DNA of 64,000 nt from Ascoidea asiatica JCM 7603 (Eukaryota > Fungi > Ascomycota): positions 419,225 through 483,224 of the forward strand of contig BCKQ01000009.1 in NCBI GenBank assembly GCA_001600695.1, read 5' to 3'. The position numbers and the translations under genes were made by a program. Below the pieces are notes generated by a model that did no database searches, was not told the DNA's origin, and saw only the letters and a list, made by a program, of their open reading frames with translations. Below are positions 59,798-64,000 of this stretch, one piece after another. The stretch's first letter is position 1. Each line of letters begins with the position of its first letter.

Positions 59798-60666
59798 TAT
59801 TTTCAAAGATTGGTAAGGTTTAGATTCTTTTGGATTCTTTGAGATCTTATAAATTCTTTTAAATTCTTTTTTAATAATGGATTAGAAATTGACTAGGAAT
59901 ATTAAAATTTGAATGGATTTGATAATTTATAATGAGAATAGCAATAAAAATAGGAAATAAAAATAGGAAATAAAATTAGGAATTGAAAAAGAAATTATAA
60001 ATGAAATTGTAGATAAGCTTTCAACAGATTTGATAAAATCAACTAAGATCTCTTTTTTTACTCTTATTCTTTTTTAATTTATCAAAAATTTAAATAAAAG
60101 TTATAAAATTAAGCGATTGACAAATTTATATTTATCTAAATTGATAAATTTGAAAAGTTTGGTAAGTTTGATAACTTTGAAAACTTAATGGCTTAACAAA
60201 TTTAGTAGCAAGTGGAAAATGGTAATGAGATTGATTGAATAAAGAATAATTGATAACAATTGGATATAATTGAAACAATAATTTCTATTGAAAAGAAAAC
60301 ATCAATTTTAGAGTATATTTTTCAAAAAGAGGAAATAGAAATAAAAAGGATTAACCAAAGATGATAAAAAACAAAAAAGATCAGAAAAAAAAAGAGAATC
60401 AAACGAAAGGATTAAAACAAAGTGAAAATAAAATAAAATTAAATACAGTAAAGAGAAACATAGAAAAAAGTAGATAATATTAGAATATTGAAGTGAGATC
60501 TAGAAACGCTTAATCCAAGCAGCAGTTAACTCAACTAACTGGTAACACTGGCAGCAGGTCGAGAGTGAGCGTAACCCGAGAACTGCAGAGCTCCTCAGAC
60601 CTCAGCAGCAGCCAGCAGTTTACTCCAGTTCCGTGGGCTAATTATAAAAGCTCTGGCTACGGATTA

Positions 60667-61586
60667 TGTAAGCGAAAATAACAGCAGCAGCAGCTTCAGG
60701 CTCAACCTGCCCTGTTTTCCGCTGTGTTTAGTCTCGTTACCGTGTCCGCGGACCTCATTCCAAATCCGAGTTTCTGGATTGTTCTTGATTGTTAATCATT
60801 TTATTCTTTTATTAGAATTGTCTTCGAATATTCTAGGCTATTCTTAGACTTTCTAAGATTGCATAGATTGTTCTACGACTACATTTTATTGCGTTCTCAG
60901 AACTTCCGTGAGCATGTTAAATGTACCAGAACGTTCTGGGTCTGCATTATTTATTCTTTCTTCGAAGTTCTGTGGGCATCTCGAATGTACTGGACTTTTG
61001 GTGCTTGTTCTTAGAATGACATAGTGTCTTCTAGAACAATACTTTTTTTTATTTTATTAAGTATGGGAAGTGAACTTTCACATACTAAATTTACAAATTT
61101 ATTCTTGTGATGGGTTACCCGCTCTAATTTTCCACTAATATAAATAGGGCACTTACCTCCCATATTTTTTATATAATTTTTATATAATTTATATTTTAAT
61201 TAACAATTGTTTATAATTTGAATTAGATATCTTCTTAGAAAAAATTAGATATTAAGTTCGAACTACAATCAAATTTATTAATAAATTTGGAATATCAATT
61301 CCTTATTAAAAATAAGTATTATTTTATTTTTTTATTGTTCTCTATTTCCCAAGGTAAGTCTGAGTACGACTTTAAGTCTCCTATTATTATAATAACAAGA
61401 AAGGGATCTCAAAAAGTGATTGATCCTCTGGCATTTAACTCCCTCCTATGTTATTTAAGACACTTCTGGACGTTATAGAACATCGTGCTTAGCTTTCTGA
61501 TGCTTACGGTTAATTAGTAAATACTAGTGATTTAATCCAAATTGAGTTATCTCATGGTTTGAGATCTTAGTCTTCTACGCATTACA
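60667..61586 (+). repeat. Putative 5' LTR of the gypsy element
   Basis: Imperfect inverted ends TGTAAGCG (60667) and CGCATTACA (61578-61586), internal imperfect direct repeats at 60797-60995, and TATAAATA at about 61140. The second LTR is outside the window, so the ends are unverified. Confidence 0.35.
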
Positions 61587-61864
61587 AGCTACACATTAAA
61601 ACCCATTTAATATGGTATGGAAATGTTAAAACAATAATAGAATCTACTAATATATTTTCTTTAGTATTACTTTCTATTTCAAATTATTTATACTACTAAT
61701 ACTTCAACTGATATTGCGTTTTATGCTTTTTTCTTAACTAAAATACTCTATTGAATTCAACTTAAAAAAAAAAAAAAAAAAAAAAAAAATCTCCAAAACC
61801 AAACACTTTTTTGAAATCATAACTAAAAATAATGGATAGTATTTAAACTGCAAAAAATAAAATC

Positions 61865-64000
61865 ATGAGTGAAACTATTGAATCTTTAACCAAAATATTT
61901 AATGAAACATGCCTTAAATGAAGTTACATTTAATAAATGGATAAACAAATTACATCAGTTAGTGATGCAATCCACAAACTAGGATCGAATGTTAGTGAAA
62001 GATTTAAAAATCAAGATTCAAATACTCTTAAAATACAGTAAGCATTTTGATGATTTAAGATCTACTATTACAAATCAAACATCAGATATAGATTTTATGA
62101 AAGATATGCTTAAATCCATTACATCTTCTTTATCAAAAACTTCTACAATTAATGATCCTGTCGCTCAAATTAAACAAGAAGGGGCTTCTGCTTTAGACAC
62201 CACTAGTGCTACAGCAATTAAAAATGTTGATGCTCATCCAAATGTCAATACTACTGATGATACTGATAACACCAGATTTTTTGAAGCTGAAGACAAAATC
62301 AAAGAAGAAATGGTTAAACCACCAACTATACCAGCTGCTGCTCCAAAAGTTTAAAAGCTTGCACAAGGTTTACAAGCACCCAAACAAAATAACCAGAACA
62401 TACTCACTGAACAGAATGAGGTTAATAACTGGGGATATGATCTCAATCAAATTAAATCTGATGAAATAAGGATTGAGTCTGCTGCTTGGCAGAATCCGAA
62501 GGTTGAACGTGTTTTAGTTTGTCCAGGTATGGCAATAAACAGAGATACTTCTGGTATTGGTATGGATTGAACTTCAAAACCACCAAAATTAAAACAAAAT
62601 TTAATTATTGAAGGTAGTCAAGATTGAAAATTAATTCTAAAATTACAATCTATTGAAACTTACTTCAAAATGAATAGGTTAGGATATGATTTATGGGGTA
62701 TAAATCTTTATAACTATATTCCAGAATCTATGAATTTAGAATGGATTAATTTCATTAAAACCATTGCAAGAAATGGTTTAAAAAACCCTTCATGGCCTGC
62801 TGCCTGTACTTTCATTCTCGGAGGTATAGACACAGATCAAAATTGTAGAGCTTTAATTCAACAATTCAAAGAAATTAAACCCTCTGAAAATGAAAAAGTT
62901 GTTGATTATATTACAGGATTTAGAAATTCTTATGAAAGTCTTCCTTTAAATGCTGTTTCTAGTACGTTCATGAAATCAACAATTATTTCTCAAATTAAAA
63001 ATGAATTTCCTCATCAAATTCAATGGGAAACAAAATTTCCATCCAAAACAACTATTGAATTGTTCAACAAATTACTTAACTTGTTCAGTTCAACAGATGT
63101 TTTTACAGCTTTTCAAATGAAGTTATTATTGACAATGATATTTATAAGTTCAATAATCTTGAATCAATTATTGATTCAAACTCAAAGGAAAACTTCAATG
63201 CAATTCGTTCCACAACCAAAACTTGTTATTTCTGTAATCTCCCAGGACATTTCAGAAATACTGGTTTCTGCTATAGAAAATACAAAAAAAATGCTGAAAC
63301 AGAAGCTGCAAATAAAAAATCAAAAGGTAATTCCAATTCTAGATACAAAAACAAATATGACAAGAAGTCTAGTTGCAGAATTTCTGAAGAAGGAGTGGAG
63401 AAAGACCAATCTGAAAACTCAGAGATGGAAATGACCTCAGAATCCTTTTCTGACGATGAACATTTTAGATTAATTAACACCAACAACAAAAATGTTCCTA
63501 ATAGATATTTCAATTCTTCTGTTAATCATAAAAAGATGAAAACTCTTTTCGATTCTGGTGCTGAATCCAACTATGTTTTTGAATCATCCTTAAAAGGCTT
63601 GGAAATCAAAATGCTACAGCGTAAGCCTACACCAATCCATGGCTTTACAGGGACGATGATAGTCAAGAATGATGTCTTTTTACCACTATTCATTGAAAAC
63701 TTTGGTTTAATTGACATTGAATGTGCTGTTTTGCCAGAAAGTTCAACAAAAGCTTTCGATATTACTATTGGAAGTAGATTTCTCTACGACCATAAATTTT
63801 GTGCAAAAGGTAGTGATAGATTTTCAATTATGCTTTTTAACAAAGATAAAAAGTGTATTTTGAGTCCAGAAAATGTTGATGAATTAGAAAAATTTTATGT
63901 CTCAACATCACAGTCAAATGAGGAACAAGTGTTTGATCTTAACAAATAGTCTTACTTAAATGATTCAACTCCAAGATTACCTCCAGAAAGACTGTTTAAA
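61865..64000 (+). mobile_element. Decayed Ty3/gypsy LTR retrotransposon gag-protease region, truncated by the window end
   Basis: Gag-like frame with stops at 62352, 62568 and 62625. A -1 shift near 63110 enters a frame open from 63080 to 63949 that carries a Zn knuckle CYFCNLPGHFRNTGFC (63224-63271) and aspartic protease LFDSGAESNY...DITIG. After the TAG at 63947 the frame continues into LPPERL, the pre-RT motif of gypsy elements. Confidence 0.88.

Noticed and set aside
61613-61630. TGGTATGG as the primer-binding site of the retroelement
   Set aside because: Only TGGTAT matches the tRNA-iMet-type PBS and it is not directly adjacent to the proposed LTR end, so it cannot be supported.
61764-61789. 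A26 tract as a LINE or retrocopy poly(A) tail
   Set aside because: No target-site duplication or upstream retrocopy is evident, and it lies in the AT-rich gypsy leader.

Overview
Eukaryotic, extremely AT-rich, gene-dense and nearly intron-free DNA from a budding yeast (Saccharomycotina). Support for this: a GTATGT/TACTAAC intron, yeast orthologues throughout, and a retained TSC1. The composition and poly-Asn expansions suggest an Ascoidea-like lineage, but that is only an inference. About 21 protein genes are present: two degenerate Rho-like paralogues, an ADP-ribosylglycohydrolase, TSC1, a Nudix hydrolase, SWR1, BNA1, SDH4, ICL2, FLX1, HCM1, ILV6, a DAL5-family permease, a T/K-type cyclin, MUD2/U2AF65, a YBT1-like ABCC transporter, DAD3, a TMEM33/Pom33-family protein, SIT4, an RCK2-like kinase and a Mid2/Mtl1-like sensor. 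Two mobile elements are also present: a pogo/Fot1-type transposase fossil that the ORF track misses (about 1.6-2.8 kb) and the 5' part of a decayed Ty3/gypsy element (about 60.7-64 kb). The most interesting signals are: (1) an accessory-looking locus at 0.6-5.7 kb that pairs two catalytically eroded Rho-like proteins with a bacterial-type ADP-ribosylglycohydrolase; (2) an intron that splits the start codon (A|TG) of the splicing factor MUD2; (3) a Mid2-like sensor with an extra 312-aa N-terminal domain carrying Cbk1-type motifs; (4) Leu-to-Ser in the PPP motif of SIT4. No tRNA, rRNA or CRISPR array was recognised. All identifications come from motif recognition by eye, not database searches.
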